From a virus: a stretch of 64,000 bases of DNA. The first letter of the stretch is position 1; every line of letters starts with the position of its first letter. Positions 1 through 8,324 of the stretch are shown here, in pieces. Under the pieces are notes generated by a model, which saw only the letters and a list, made by a program, of their open reading frames with translations, was not told the origin of the DNA and made no database searches. The stretch is from positions 1 through 64,000 of IMG/VR virus record IMGVR_UViG_3300034031_000009, one strand, 5' to 3'. Position numbers and translations under genes: made by a program.

Positions 1-164
1 GGGCAGCGTCCAGCACGGCTGACGGGCAGCGGAGGGAGCCGGGCAGCGTCCAGCACGGCTGACGGGCAGCGGAGGGAGCCGGGCAGCGGAGGGAGCCGGG
101 CAGCGTCCAGCACGGCTGACGGGCAGCGGAGGGAGCCGGGCAGCGTCCAGCACGGCTGACGGGC
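1..164. repeat. Tandem 40-bp direct repeat array, running off the left window edge
   Basis: Unit GGGCAGCGTCCAGCACGGCTGACGGGCAGCGGAGGGAGCC at 1-40, 41-80, 98-137 and partial 138-164. A 17-bp sub-unit GGGCAGCGGAGGGAGCC lies at 81-97. No spacers. Confidence 0.9.
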
Positions 165-182
165 GCCCGATCAACCGGACTC

Positions 183-218
183 AAACAAAAAACCGGCCGG
201 AGTCACCTCCAGCCGGTT
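183..218 (-). terminator. Rho-independent terminator ending the leftward early operon
   Basis: Hairpin AACCGGC-C-GGAG-tcac-CTCC-A-GCCGGTT (191-218), followed on the minus strand by TTTTTTGTTTG. Confidence 0.7.
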
Positions 219-372
219 GTTCAGCTATTCCAAGGATACAGTAGGACAAACCAAATAATCGCCAGCACGGCCGCCAATGGCCGGTTATATCTGGCAAGCC
301 GCGCGGCCGTTTCGTTCCGTTGCGCGCGTGTCGAGCTGGCAATTCCACAAACTAGAAAGATTGCGACAAGCA

Positions 373-534
373 TTAACATTCAAGGGACTCCCGTAGGACA
401 TCTGCAACGCGCGCTAGGCGTTTCACGTCGTCCCATGTTGTCGGGCGCCCTAGTGACTGATTCAGGAGTCTCGCGGCTAACAGTTGAATGTCACTGTTGA
501 GCGCCGCGCGCGCTTTGGCTGGCGTGTCTGTCAT
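373..534 (-). CDS. Hypothetical small protein (53 aa)
   Basis: Internal Met of ORF 373..627. ATGA start/stop overlap with upstream gene 531..896. Last gene before the terminator. Confidence 0.5.
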   Translation of the reverse strand: MTDTPAKARAALNSDIQLLAARLLNQSLGRPTTWDDVKRLARVADVLRESLEC

Positions 535-896
535 TGTGCTGACTCCCTCACTAGGTCGTATTCCGCGCGGCCGCGCGTTGCCAGTTCCTCCAATGGATCG
601 TGAGTCGCGTAGGACGTGAACGCCCATAGCCGGCCGTCAATCTCCGCTTGCCCGTCATCGTCATAGGACATCGACTCGGCAACGCATGGCGCGCTAGTTA
701 ATCCAACAAACGGATTCGCCTCTCCCGCGTCAAAGGCAGTAAATCCGCCATTGCAGCTATAGGACTCGAATGCGTCCGCCATGGTCGACCAGTAACCGCG
801 AGTCTTGAGTCCCTCCGATATGCTGGCGCGCATTGCGTTGTTAGCCGTGACTCTTAGGTTGCCGTTCGGCAGGATCTTACAGGTTAGCGATTCCAT
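531..896 (-). CDS. Hypothetical acidic protein (121 aa)
   Basis: ORF track; GAGGAG SD about 8 nt upstream; no family recognised. Confidence 0.65.
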   Translation of the reverse strand: MESLTCKILPNGNLRVTANNAMRASISEGLKTRGYWSTMADAFESYSCNGGFTAFDAGEANPFVGLTSAPCVAESMSYDDDGQAEIDGRLWAFTSYATHDPLEELATRGRAEYDLVRESAQ

Positions 897-908
897 TATT
901 CTAACTCC

Positions 909-1442
909 TCAAAACAGGTGAACGAAACCGTAACCGGTTGGGCTGGACTCATCGGACTCAAAGCTGGCGTTTACTTCGCCGAACGGAGTCCGCCATCCGC
1001 ACAAAGCGGAAAGTGCATCGCCATAGGTTTGGCCGGATGACGTGAACGAGTCCGCCAGTTCCTTACGATCCCAGAATCCGACGCCATGGCCGTTCCGCGT
1101 ATAAAGAAAGTCGCGGCCGGCTTGTTCGGGCGAATAGTCGTCCAGTTCATAGGCAAGCGATAAGAGCGGCGCCGCGACTTCCTGAAAACGGGCGCAATCG
1201 GCGATGATCGACTCCAAGCTGGACGGATGCAAATCGGAGAAACCGGAGTCGTTCGGCAAGTCGCCGTCCGCTTGACCTTCGCGGATACGCTCTTGCGACT
1301 CCTCACTGTCAAATTCCACCATTGGAATCGATGACTGATTAGTGAAAAACAACGCTTCAATGTATCCGCGCGTAAATGCGTCCAGGTCCGCGAAGTCGCG
1401 GCCGTCAACCGTTCCCGTGTCGTCTAAAATAAACTCAGGCAT
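909..1442 (-). CDS. Hypothetical very acidic protein (177 aa)
   Basis: Start placed at MPEFILDD, with GAGGGAG SD 6 nt upstream. D/E-rich; carries motif RDFLYTRNGHGVGFWD. Confidence 0.65.
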   Translation of the reverse strand: MPEFILDDTGTVDGRDFADLDAFTRGYIEALFFTNQSSIPMVEFDSEESQERIREGQADGDLPNDSGFSDLHPSSLESIIADCARFQEVAAPLLSLAYELDDYSPEQAGRDFLYTRNGHGVGFWDRKELADSFTSSGQTYGDALSALCGWRTPFGEVNASFESDESSPTGYGFVHLF

Positions 1443-1506
1443 AACAGACTCCCTCATGGTTTCATCAATAGGGCGGCCGTTAAACCGCCCTACGGGGAAA
1501 CCGCGA

Positions 1507-2262
1507 TTATTCGGCCGCCTCGACAATCGCGGCCGATAGGATGCTCCAAACGTCCCGGTATTCTTCAAACATCCCGACTCCGATGCGGTCCATCATTGTG
1601 GATTCATCGGAAAGGAGTCCTTCAGCGGCTGCACTATCGCAGTAGTCGACTCGGTCCAGGTGACTCGCCAGCCATTGCAGCCGCTCCGCATTGTAAACCG
1701 GAACGAGTCCGTCAATCCGTTCCCATGCGACATCGGAGTCGGTTATGTCGGCGCTGCAATCATCCGCCAGAATTTCGGCCATGGCGTCGACGCATTCGCG
1801 CGCAATCCGATAGCTCCAATCGTTCGGCAACTTGTCCCCATGGGCGGCCCGGATTGCGTCCGACATCCATTCTGGCGAACCGTCCTTTAGACAAATGAAC
1901 GACTCCCCGTTGTCGCGTTGTTTCCGCTGAAATGCGGCCGCGAATTCCTCCGCTGCAGCCGCGCGGCGGCCATCCTCATTCGGCCAAAATCCGAAGTCCG
2001 ATCCATCGCCTTCAGTGTTGCCGAAATAGAGTCCGGCTGGCGCCCGATCGTTTAGCCGATCCTGCAATTCGGAAACCAGGTCCGAGTCCGACTCCGTTTC
2101 ATGGATGGACTCAACTCCGATCCTTTCAACGGCCGCACGCGCCTCCGCTATCAAGTCCGAGTCATCCTCATGGCCGATACGCTCCAGTTCAGCCGCGAAA
2201 CTCGACAACAGGTCGACCGTGCGCAACGTGCCGTGCGAAATGGTTCCGGCTTGAATCTTCAT
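1507..2262 (-). CDS. Hypothetical acidic protein (251 aa)
   Basis: ORF track; GAAGGAG SD upstream; D/E-rich. Confidence 0.7.
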   Translation of the reverse strand: MKIQAGTISHGTLRTVDLLSSFAAELERIGHEDDSDLIAEARAAVERIGVESIHETESDSDLVSELQDRLNDRAPAGLYFGNTEGDGSDFGFWPNEDGRRAAAAEEFAAAFQRKQRDNGESFICLKDGSPEWMSDAIRAAHGDKLPNDWSYRIARECVDAMAEILADDCSADITDSDVAWERIDGLVPVYNAERLQWLASHLDRVDYCDSAAAEGLLSDESTMMDRIGVGMFEEYRDVWSILSAAIVEAAE

Positions 2263-2307
2263 GTTAGTTACTCCTTCAGGTTGATAAGACTCGGTAAAGT
2301 TGATTGT

Positions 2308-2712
2308 TTAGGCAGACTCACGGATGCGCGGCGGCTTTTCCATGTTCCGCACGTATTCGCGCGCCTCACTAATCGCCTGCCTCACCATACCGGGGAAATA
2401 AGCGCCATAATTGCAGCCGTCCGCGCGTGACTTCGCCGCGAGTCCATAATGCTCGCAAACGAAATCTTGTGTATCAGCATAAACAGAGCCGCCTAGATAA
2501 TCGGCTGCAATCTCGACTCCGTCCAGCTCGACAGAGACTTTCGAGTCGAATGCGACGAAATCGCCTGAGTCTAGTTTCGCCTGAACTTCGCCGTCTTCGT
2601 CGTCGCCGTCATACTGATAGCCATAATCTTGCTCCAAGATCAGGGAAACCGTGAAACGGCGAGTCCTGAACGTCCAGAGTCGGCCAAACTGATTTCGCTT
2701 ATCTCTCGACAT
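2308..2712 (-). CDS. Hypothetical protein (134 aa)
   Basis: ORF track; GGGAG SD upstream; no family recognised. Confidence 0.65.
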   Translation of the reverse strand: MSRDKRNQFGRLWTFRTRRFTVSLILEQDYGYQYDGDDEDGEVQAKLDSGDFVAFDSKVSVELDGVEIAADYLGGSVYADTQDFVCEHYGLAAKSRADGCNYGAYFPGMVRQAISEAREYVRNMEKPPRIRESA

Positions 2713-2713
2713 C

Positions 2714-2824
2714 TCAGAAACTCCCCTGCAACGTCACAACCGCGCGCCCGATCATCTCGACCAGGGGCAACACAACCGCGAGCGCCGCCGCGATACTCAC
2801 AACCGGGATAAAGAGAACTTGCAT
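2714..2824 (-). CDS. Small hydrophobic peptide (36 aa), below the ORF-track cutoff
   Basis: MQVLFIPVVSIAAALAVVLPLVEMIGRAVVTLQGSF. AAGGAG SD 8 nt upstream; stop 1 nt before the next start. Confidence 0.45.
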   Translation of the reverse strand: MQVLFIPVVSIAAALAVVLPLVEMIGRAVVTLQGSF

Positions 2825-2850
2825 CGACTCGACTCCTTGACTGTCCGAAA

Positions 2851-2879
2851 AACTTAGGGGCGCCCGCGTGACGTGTCAA
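2851..2879 (-). promoter_or_regulatory. Sigma70-like promoter inside the leftward operon
   Basis: Minus strand reads TTGACA (2879-2874), N17, TAAGTT (2856-2851). The -10 overlaps a CCTAAGTTTTT box. Confidence 0.45.
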
Positions 2880-2907
2880 CCGTTTGTTGAAAAGAGGCGC
2901 GATAGGG

Positions 2908-3255
2908 TTAAGAGGTGCCGAACGTCGAATCGACATGGTCGACCGTTTCGCGCCATAGCCGTTCCGCTTCCCGTTCGGCGGCCGGCTTCAGTTCATCGGG
3001 CATAGCGCGCCCGTGAATCGGCACGCTCTTTGCGCGCCATTCGGCTGCAGCCTTCGCGCCTTCTAGGGTGAACGCCGAACTCGACATATAGCCTTGAAAC
3101 GCAATCGTCCGGCTTTCTCCAGGGCCGGTGTGACACGGGACTCCCTTATGGTCGCCGCGCCAAAAAGCCCATGGTTGCGGAGTCATGATCTTCACGCGAT
3201 AGCGGCCAATCTTGGCAACGTGTGAGCCGTTCGGCTGCTCTGTCCAGGTCGTCAT
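2908..3255 (-). CDS. Hypothetical protein (115 aa)
   Basis: ORF track; ATGA overlap with the upstream gene. Confidence 0.65.
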   Translation of the reverse strand: MTTWTEQPNGSHVAKIGRYRVKIMTPQPWAFWRGDHKGVPCHTGPGESRTIAFQGYMSSSAFTLEGAKAAAEWRAKSVPIHGRAMPDELKPAAEREAERLWRETVDHVDSTFGTS

Positions 3256-3431
3256 CTCAACATCTCCTCTACATACGAAACCGCGTCGCGGCGGCTTCCG
3301 TGCGACATCGCGCGCCCGATATGGTCGACCGTCCAGAACGTGCCTGATCGGCTGGCAATAAGAGTCACCTTTCGCCCGTTGGCGCGGTTGAGATAGGTCG
3401 ACTCGTTTCCGTTGATCGTTCCTGCGAACAT
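3252..3431 (-). CDS. Hypothetical protein (59 aa)
   Basis: Start placed at MFAGTING, with AAGGAG SD. The longer 3252..3563 form overlaps 3433..3624. Confidence 0.55.
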   Translation of the reverse strand: MFAGTINGNESTYLNRANGRKVTLIASRSGTFWTVDHIGRAMSHGSRRDAVSYVEEMLR

Positions 3432-3432
3432 T

Positions 3433-3624
3433 TCAGGCGACTCCTTCGATTGGTTCACGGCCGCACCTAATCCGATAAGATCCGGAACCGTTTTCCTGAT
3501 ATTCGCGCAACCGTGCGCGCGCCTCGCGATAGCTGGACTCCTCGCATTCGGTTTCCCAGCCATGTCCGAAACCGTAGTTCCCTTGGACGCGGTAAACGTC
3601 TCGCGTTTTCCTTTGGTATGGCAT
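3433..3624 (-). CDS. Hypothetical protein (63 aa)
   Basis: ORF track; AGGAG SD upstream. Confidence 0.6.
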   Translation of the reverse strand: MPYQRKTRDVYRVQGNYGFGHGWETECEESSYREARARLREYQENGSGSYRIRCGREPIEGVA

Positions 3625-3638
3625 TCCCTTTACTCCTG

Positions 3639-3836
3639 TTAGAGTGATTCAAAATCATCCGCGACCATGGGCGGCCGCTTCGTTCTCCGCTGATCGGACA
3701 GGCGCACGCAATCCCTGCATGCGCCCGTCGAAACGTATCGTTCGCCCGCGTGGCCGGCTCGGCATGCGGCGCCCGTGTAGAACGGTTTCTTGGCGGCCCT
3801 AGCCGCCTGTCTGTCCGCTGACTTAATGCGGGGCAT
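3639..3836 (-). CDS. Small Cys-rich basic protein (65 aa) with an acidic DDFESL C-terminus
   Basis: ORF track; Arg/Lys-rich N-terminus; CRAGH...CRDC pattern. Confidence 0.6.
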   Translation of the reverse strand: MPRIKSADRQAARAAKKPFYTGAACRAGHAGERYVSTGACRDCVRLSDQRRTKRPPMVADDFESL

Positions 3837-4003
3837 TAGCGCGCCCAGGTCCAGCCGGCTGCCAAGGCCGCGTCAAGGTCGACATAGAAACGGGCGCCCC
3901 CGTTCGGATAGGCCATGCGAACCTGTAACCGTCCCTTGCGGCGAACGTGCTGCAGGTTCGCCTCTTTCCCGTCGAAACGGTTGCGCATGCGATAGTCGAT
4001 CAT
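3836..4003 (-). CDS. Hypothetical protein (55 aa), below the ORF-track cutoff
   Basis: MIDYRMRNRFDGKEANLQHVRRKGRLQVRMAYPNGGARFYVDLDAALAAGWTWAR. GGAGTGAG SD upstream; TAATG overlap with 3639..3836. Confidence 0.5.
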   Translation of the reverse strand: MIDYRMRNRFDGKEANLQHVRRKGRLQVRMAYPNGGARFYVDLDAALAAGWTWAR

Positions 4004-4090
4004 CCGACTCACTCCAAAGTTGACGGTTCACCGTTAGCGAGTCCGCGCTCGCATGCAAGGAAAAACTTAGGGCGATTGTCTTAGGGCTGC

Positions 4091-4199
4091 AGGTCGGCAC
4101 AGGTCGGCGGCTATCCCTCGACCATGGGCAGGTCGGCACAGGTCGGCGGCTATCCCTCGACCATGGGCAGGTCGGCACAGGTCGGCGGCTATCCCTCGA
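4091..4199. repeat. Three tandem 39-bp repeats (iteron-like)
   Basis: AGGTCGGCACAGGTCGGCGGCTATCCCTCGACCATGGGC at 4091-4129, 4130-4168 and partial 4169-4199. Each unit carries 2x AGGTCGGC. Confidence 0.9.
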
Positions 4200-4342
4200 T
4201 TATCTTAGGCCGGTTCGTCCCTAAGCCTTTCACCCCTAGAGATTCCGCGCTTTCTTGCCCGCTCACCTGGCATGTGGGCGGCTGAGCTGCCGAAAAACTT
4301 AGGCAAGCCAAAAAACTTAGGATCGGACGCATTCCCTAAGTT

Positions 4343-4373
4343 TTACTGTGTTACTGTGTTAGTGTGTTACATC
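4343..4373. repeat. Four tandem 8-mers TGTGTTA(C/G)
   Basis: TTACTGTGTTACTGTGTTAGTGTGTTAC read directly from the sequence. Confidence 0.8.
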
Positions 4374-4559
4374 GCTAACTCACCTCTTAAAGCATTGATA
4401 TTGCTCGGTTTATCCGGCTATGGGTCCCTCTGTCGGTGTGTTAGCTGGGGTGAGGAGCGCTGAGCCGCCTTTCTTGGCCCTGTTCAGAGTAACCCCCAGA
4501 GCAGATGCCGTTTTTCTTAGGGGAGGCAGATGGCTGCACAGGCACACAGGGTCCGATTT

Positions 4560-4801
4560 GGACCTGTTGCAGCAAAAACGGCTGATTTGCGTGGGTTTGA
4601 ACAGATGAACAGGTGAACAGCTTTTGCTATAGAGTATATTTCTGGAAACAGGGATTCAGGGGGCCTTGCGGCATACCCGTGGTAGGGACGAGAGGGGTAA
4701 AACAGGGGGCTGGGAGAGGAGGGTTAGTAGGGAAACCCCTGTTCACCCTGTGATCCTGTGACAAACCCGCAGAAATCTGCCGTTTTTGCTGCAACAGGTC
4801 C
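4560..4801. other. Putative replication origin
   Basis: Perfect 23-bp inverted repeat: GGACCTGTTGCAGCAAAAACGGC at 4560-4582 and its reverse complement at 4779-4801. It encloses 3x TGAACAG (4597-4620), inverted CTGTTCA/CTGTGA copies (4738-4762) and the AT-rich stretch CTTTTGCTATAGAGTATATTTCT. Lies directly downstream of the primase gene. Confidence 0.5.
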
Positions 4802-4835
4802 CCTGCACAGGTGGGCGCACAGGTGCCGGATTCAT

Positions 4836-4859
4836 GAAAAAGGGGCCTTTCGGCCCCTG
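4836..4859 (-). terminator. Terminator after the primase-helicase gene
   Basis: GGGGCC-tttc-GGCCCC hairpin, followed on the minus strand by TTTTTC. Confidence 0.65.
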
Positions 4860-4897
4860 ATTCACAAGTTTCTGAGAAGGTTTTAACGAGGTTTGTT

Positions 4898-7357
4898 TCA
4901 GCCCGTTTTGATGCTCATTCGATCAAGTCGACCCTGCCATCCAAACCTCTCATAAACCCGCTGTCTTCCCCACTTGGAGAAGGTCATAAAGCGGCCGTCA
5001 GCCTTCCAAGCCGGGATCTTTGACATCGCGCGACCGAGCGTCTGGGCGGTCTGCTGGTTGTAGAGGCCACGGTCCTTACCGAGGCATTCGACCCACAGCT
5101 CGATCAGGCACGTCTCATTGCGGAAGCGGGGTTGCCCGTCAGGACCGAGGTCTTCGTCCACGCTACCGGACACAATGGGCGCGTCCAGCCATGCAGCGAT
5201 CTGCCCGGCGACCGCGTCATCGACAGACTCGACTCGAGCCGATTCCTGAAGCCGTGCGGCTATGTCTCTGGATTCCGCGTCGGCCAGGTAGAGTGGCAGG
5301 GTGCCCTTCGGCTGCGCCTTCCGCATCGCTTCGTAGAGCGCACGCGCCTCCGCCCACAACTGGTCGACCTCGGCCATCAGGCGGTCGGTGTCGATTTCAT
5401 CCACCGAGCAGAAGATCGGCCAGAAGCGACGGTTGCCGGTGTCGTCCTTGAGATATTTGTCGTCGTTGGTCGACCCGATGAAGACGCACTGCCGGTGGTA
5501 CTCCTGGGCGCGCTTGGCATAGGCCAGGCGGACCTTGTCGGAGCGGCGGCTGATGAACGCCTTGACGTGCCGCACGTCTGCGCGGACGAAGCCGCCCAGT
5601 TCAGGGATTTCGAGCAGCCACGAACCCTGCATGGCTTCAACCATCTGCCGAGGGTCTTCCATGTCGCCTTCAAGCTCGGCGAACCATGACTTTGCCAGCG
5701 TCGAGATGAACGTGGACTTCCGCTTACCCTGCAGGCCCTGAAGAATCACTGCGAAATCGAACTTGGCGCCCGGCTCGAAGATACGCGCCACGCCTGCGAC
5801 CATCATCAGGCGCGCGACGTTGCGGGTATAGGCGTCGTCCGGTGCCCCGAGATAGTCGATGAACAGACGCTCGACGCGCGGCGAGCCGTCCCATTTCACG
5901 GCGGAGAGGTATTCGCGAACCGGATGGAAGCAGTTCTTCCGACCGACGATGTCGATCGCTGCGCGCAGATCCCGGTCGGGCACCTTGATTCCGTAACCAC
6001 CCTGCGTTTTCGGTGCCTCGATCAGCGCACGGATCGCGTTGTCCTTGTCCTCGGTCCAGAAGTCGCCGTTGACCGGGTCACGCAGGAACCAAGATGAGCC
6101 GTCAAGCTGCAGAACAGGCTTGGAAGCATTCTTGCGACGCGCGGATTTGAGGCCGGGCTTGCCGCGCTGCACGACTTCCTGCGTGAACTCGTTGAACGCG
6201 ACCACACCGCGCGTCCACACGTCGTTTTCGACAACCAAGCGTAGGTTATGGAGGTTCGCCTTGATCTCACCTTCGTCGGTGATCGCCAAAAGCGACTTCC
6301 AGCTCGGCGCAGCTTCGGATTCTTCGACCTTACCTCCATCCCAGTCGTCGTCGGACGCCTGTTCAGCCGTCAGCAACTCGTCGAACTCATCCTCAACCTC
6401 GGTCTCTGCGTCCAGATCGTCGAACTCATCGGCCAATGCGACCGACTGGTCGTCGCGTGCCCAGCCAATCACCGTCCGGAAGGTTGTCGGCCGTCGACTC
6501 GTGCGCCGGCCGTAGGACCGCCACTTTCCACGAGTGCCGTTCTTCTTGTAACCGGGCCGTGACTTGGAAAACTCCTCGAACAGCTCCAATCCGACCGCGC
6601 TGGCGGCAAACTGGTGATGGATCGCCATGCCGATCTGATACCAGCTATCGTAATCGGCACCCCGATGATCGGCCAGGCGACCGAGCCACTTGCGAGCGGC
6701 ATCTTCGTCGATGTCGGACAGCGGACCTTCGTCACCGTAGAACGGCTCGCCGGTTTCTTCCTTTGCGCCGGCATCCTCTACTGCGGCAGACGGGATTTCG
6801 GGTGCGACGCCGAGGTTCAGTGCGTCCAGATCGAAGGGTGTGACCCAGACGTAGGGCTTGCCGGTGTCCGGATGGATCGACGGCGGCATGGCAACCTGTT
6901 TGCCGGTGCCGAACAGCTCGATTTCCCACGTCCAGTGCGGCCCCTTGGCGTCAGTGAACTTGACGCCGCTGACAGCCAGCTTGCGCGATTGGAAAGACTT
7001 ATCGGTGACGAAGTAGAGGTGGCGCGACTCGCCTCCGGAACCCGACTGGACGGTCGGCAGCGCGGTCAGATTGACGCCCGGGAACAGGTCGCGCAGTGCT
7101 TCCCATGCGGAACCGGTATCCGATGCGATCCGGATGTCCATGTCGATCACATGGAGGTAGCCACCTTCGACACGCGAGGGTTCACCAAGGCGAACGCCGA
7201 CGTTGTAGTCGGGCGAATAATCGCTGCGCAGCGTCGCGATCGTCGCGACCGGGCGTTCCTGCCACTTGTCACCGATTGGCCGCTTCTGTTTCGGGTGTAA
7301 CCAATGGATCGCGAAGCCGGACTCGACGAACGGGCTGACTGTTTCGATCAGGTTCAT
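4898..7357 (-). CDS. Primase-helicase (N-terminal PrimPol-like domain plus VirE/D5-type P-loop domain), 819 aa
   Basis: Walker A GLQGKRKST. VirE-type motif CVFIGSTNDDKYLKDDTGNRRFWPI. N-terminal PrimPol-like region. ATGA overlap with 7354..7827. Confidence 0.85.
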   Translation of the reverse strand: MNLIETVSPFVESGFAIHWLHPKQKRPIGDKWQERPVATIATLRSDYSPDYNVGVRLGEPSRVEGGYLHVIDMDIRIASDTGSAWEALRDLFPGVNLTALPTVQSGSGGESRHLYFVTDKSFQSRKLAVSGVKFTDAKGPHWTWEIELFGTGKQVAMPPSIHPDTGKPYVWVTPFDLDALNLGVAPEIPSAAVEDAGAKEETGEPFYGDEGPLSDIDEDAARKWLGRLADHRGADYDSWYQIGMAIHHQFAASAVGLELFEEFSKSRPGYKKNGTRGKWRSYGRRTSRRPTTFRTVIGWARDDQSVALADEFDDLDAETEVEDEFDELLTAEQASDDDWDGGKVEESEAAPSWKSLLAITDEGEIKANLHNLRLVVENDVWTRGVVAFNEFTQEVVQRGKPGLKSARRKNASKPVLQLDGSSWFLRDPVNGDFWTEDKDNAIRALIEAPKTQGGYGIKVPDRDLRAAIDIVGRKNCFHPVREYLSAVKWDGSPRVERLFIDYLGAPDDAYTRNVARLMMVAGVARIFEPGAKFDFAVILQGLQGKRKSTFISTLAKSWFAELEGDMEDPRQMVEAMQGSWLLEIPELGGFVRADVRHVKAFISRRSDKVRLAYAKRAQEYHRQCVFIGSTNDDKYLKDDTGNRRFWPIFCSVDEIDTDRLMAEVDQLWAEARALYEAMRKAQPKGTLPLYLADAESRDIAARLQESARVESVDDAVAGQIAAWLDAPIVSGSVDEDLGPDGQPRFRNETCLIELWVECLGKDRGLYNQQTAQTLGRAMSKIPAWKADGRFMTFSKWGRQRVYERFGWQGRLDRMSIKTG

Positions 7358-7827
7358 GCTGCGCCCGATTCCCCGAACTCGAAACGAGCGGAGCGGGCGG
7401 CATTGATGGCGGACCTGATGGTTTTTGGGGAGAAATCACCGATCCATGAGAGCATGCGCATCAACGGTGTCTCGGAGAAGTCGGGAGAAGCGATCTCCTC
7501 GTGAAAATCGGCTTCAAGCAAGATCGCATCGGCGCTCGGAGTACCGATCAGGAAAACTGCATACCGATTAGTCGCGGTGGTGACACCTTTCAGCTTCCGG
7601 CGCTCATTCGCATCAGGCTCAGAAGGCTTGACCTCGAAAAACGCGCTGCCAAGTAGCGTCGAGATACGGAAATCCGGCAGATAGCGGGTGCCGTCAGGCA
7701 ACTCGAAGCCTTCAACTTCGTAGTCCCATTTCACGCCGAGCGTGTCAAAAAAGACAGCCCAACGGGCTTCGGTACGGCTACGGAAACGATAGCCGCGATA
7801 GGTGGTTTCGATCGCCTTGATCGACAT
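7354..7827 (-). CDS. PD-(D/E)XK-type nuclease-like phage protein (157 aa)
   Basis: YRGYRFRSRTEARWAVFFD...YLPDF...FFEVKP pattern, typical of phage restriction-endonuclease-fold proteins. Confidence 0.65.
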   Translation of the reverse strand: MSIKAIETTYRGYRFRSRTEARWAVFFDTLGVKWDYEVEGFELPDGTRYLPDFRISTLLGSAFFEVKPSEPDANERRKLKGVTTATNRYAVFLIGTPSADAILLEADFHEEIASPDFSETPLMRMLSWIGDFSPKTIRSAINAARSARFEFGESGAA

Positions 7828-7853
7828 GGCACAGCACTCCGTCGATCGAAAAA

Positions 7854-8153
7854 TCAGGCGTAGACGAAGCGATTAAAGTCCTCGATCACGGGCGGCGTGC
7901 GACCTGCTTCGGTCAGCGCGGCGACGTTATCCGGTGTGTTGGCGAGCGCGCAGATGGCTTTGGCGTTACCCGGCGTCAGCTTCGAGTCGCGCAGCCACTG
8001 ATAGACCCGCTCGTGGGAGCGCTTGATGTCGGTCTTCAGCTTCTTCACGTCGAGGGCGCCGCGCTCGGTGACGTGCCTCGGGAATATCTGCATCAGGTAG
8101 AGGTAGAGCGGGCTGTCGGTCCAGACGCGGCCTGCTGGAATATCAATGGTCAT
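7854..8153 (-). CDS. Cro-like HTH regulator heading the leftward operon (99 aa)
   Basis: First gene left of the divergent promoter region; helix-turn-helix-like segment RSHERVYQWLRDSKLTPGNAKAICAL. Confidence 0.55.
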   Translation of the reverse strand: MTIDIPAGRVWTDSPLYLYLMQIFPRHVTERGALDVKKLKTDIKRSHERVYQWLRDSKLTPGNAKAICALANTPDNVAALTEAGRTPPVIEDFNRFVYA

Positions 8154-8184
8154 GTCGCTGGGAACTCCTGTCGATTTCGACCAG

Positions 8185-8270
8185 TCATAACCGTGGCGGC
8201 AGCTAAAATCAACACAATAGGGATTGGATCACGAAAGGGTTGAAAGTTCGTTGGGGCTGTGCGTATATGG
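8185..8270. promoter_or_regulatory. Divergent early promoter/operator region
   Basis: Leftward: TTGATT (reverse complement of 8207-8212), about N16, TATGAC (reverse complement of 8185-8190). Rightward: TTGAAA (8240-8245), about N17-18, TATATG. Contains GTTGAAAGTTC (8239-8249), also present in two other promoters. Confidence 0.45.
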
Positions 8271-8324
8271 CTGCGACTCGGCGGTCGACGCCGGGGACCA
8301 ATCAATCCAGAGGACCATACGAAT

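Larger units (their letters stand above)
4058..4524. repeat. Cluster of about 9 AAAAACTTAGG / CCTAAGTTTTT boxes
   Basis: Full copies near 4058-4072, 4290-4304, 4308-4322, 4333-4346 (inverted) and 4512-4524. Partial copies near 4075-4087, 4200-4210 and 4218-4228. One further copy at 2848-2860. Confidence 0.75.

Noticed and set aside
1-164. Possible CRISPR array
   Set aside because: The repeats are directly tandem with no unique spacers, and no cas genes are present anywhere in the window.
3873-4178. 101-aa ORF with repeated PTCPWSRDSRRPV peptide
   Set aside because: It is simply the translation of the 39-bp iteron array. It has no SD and a junk-like composition, and the better-supported gene 3836..4003 occupies its 3' part in another frame.
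4091-4199. Type III toxin-antitoxin (ToxI-like) RNA repeat array
   Set aside because: There is no terminator-plus-ToxN-like gene downstream. The repeats sit among other iterons, an AT-rich patch and a 23-bp inverted repeat next to the primase gene, which fits an origin better.
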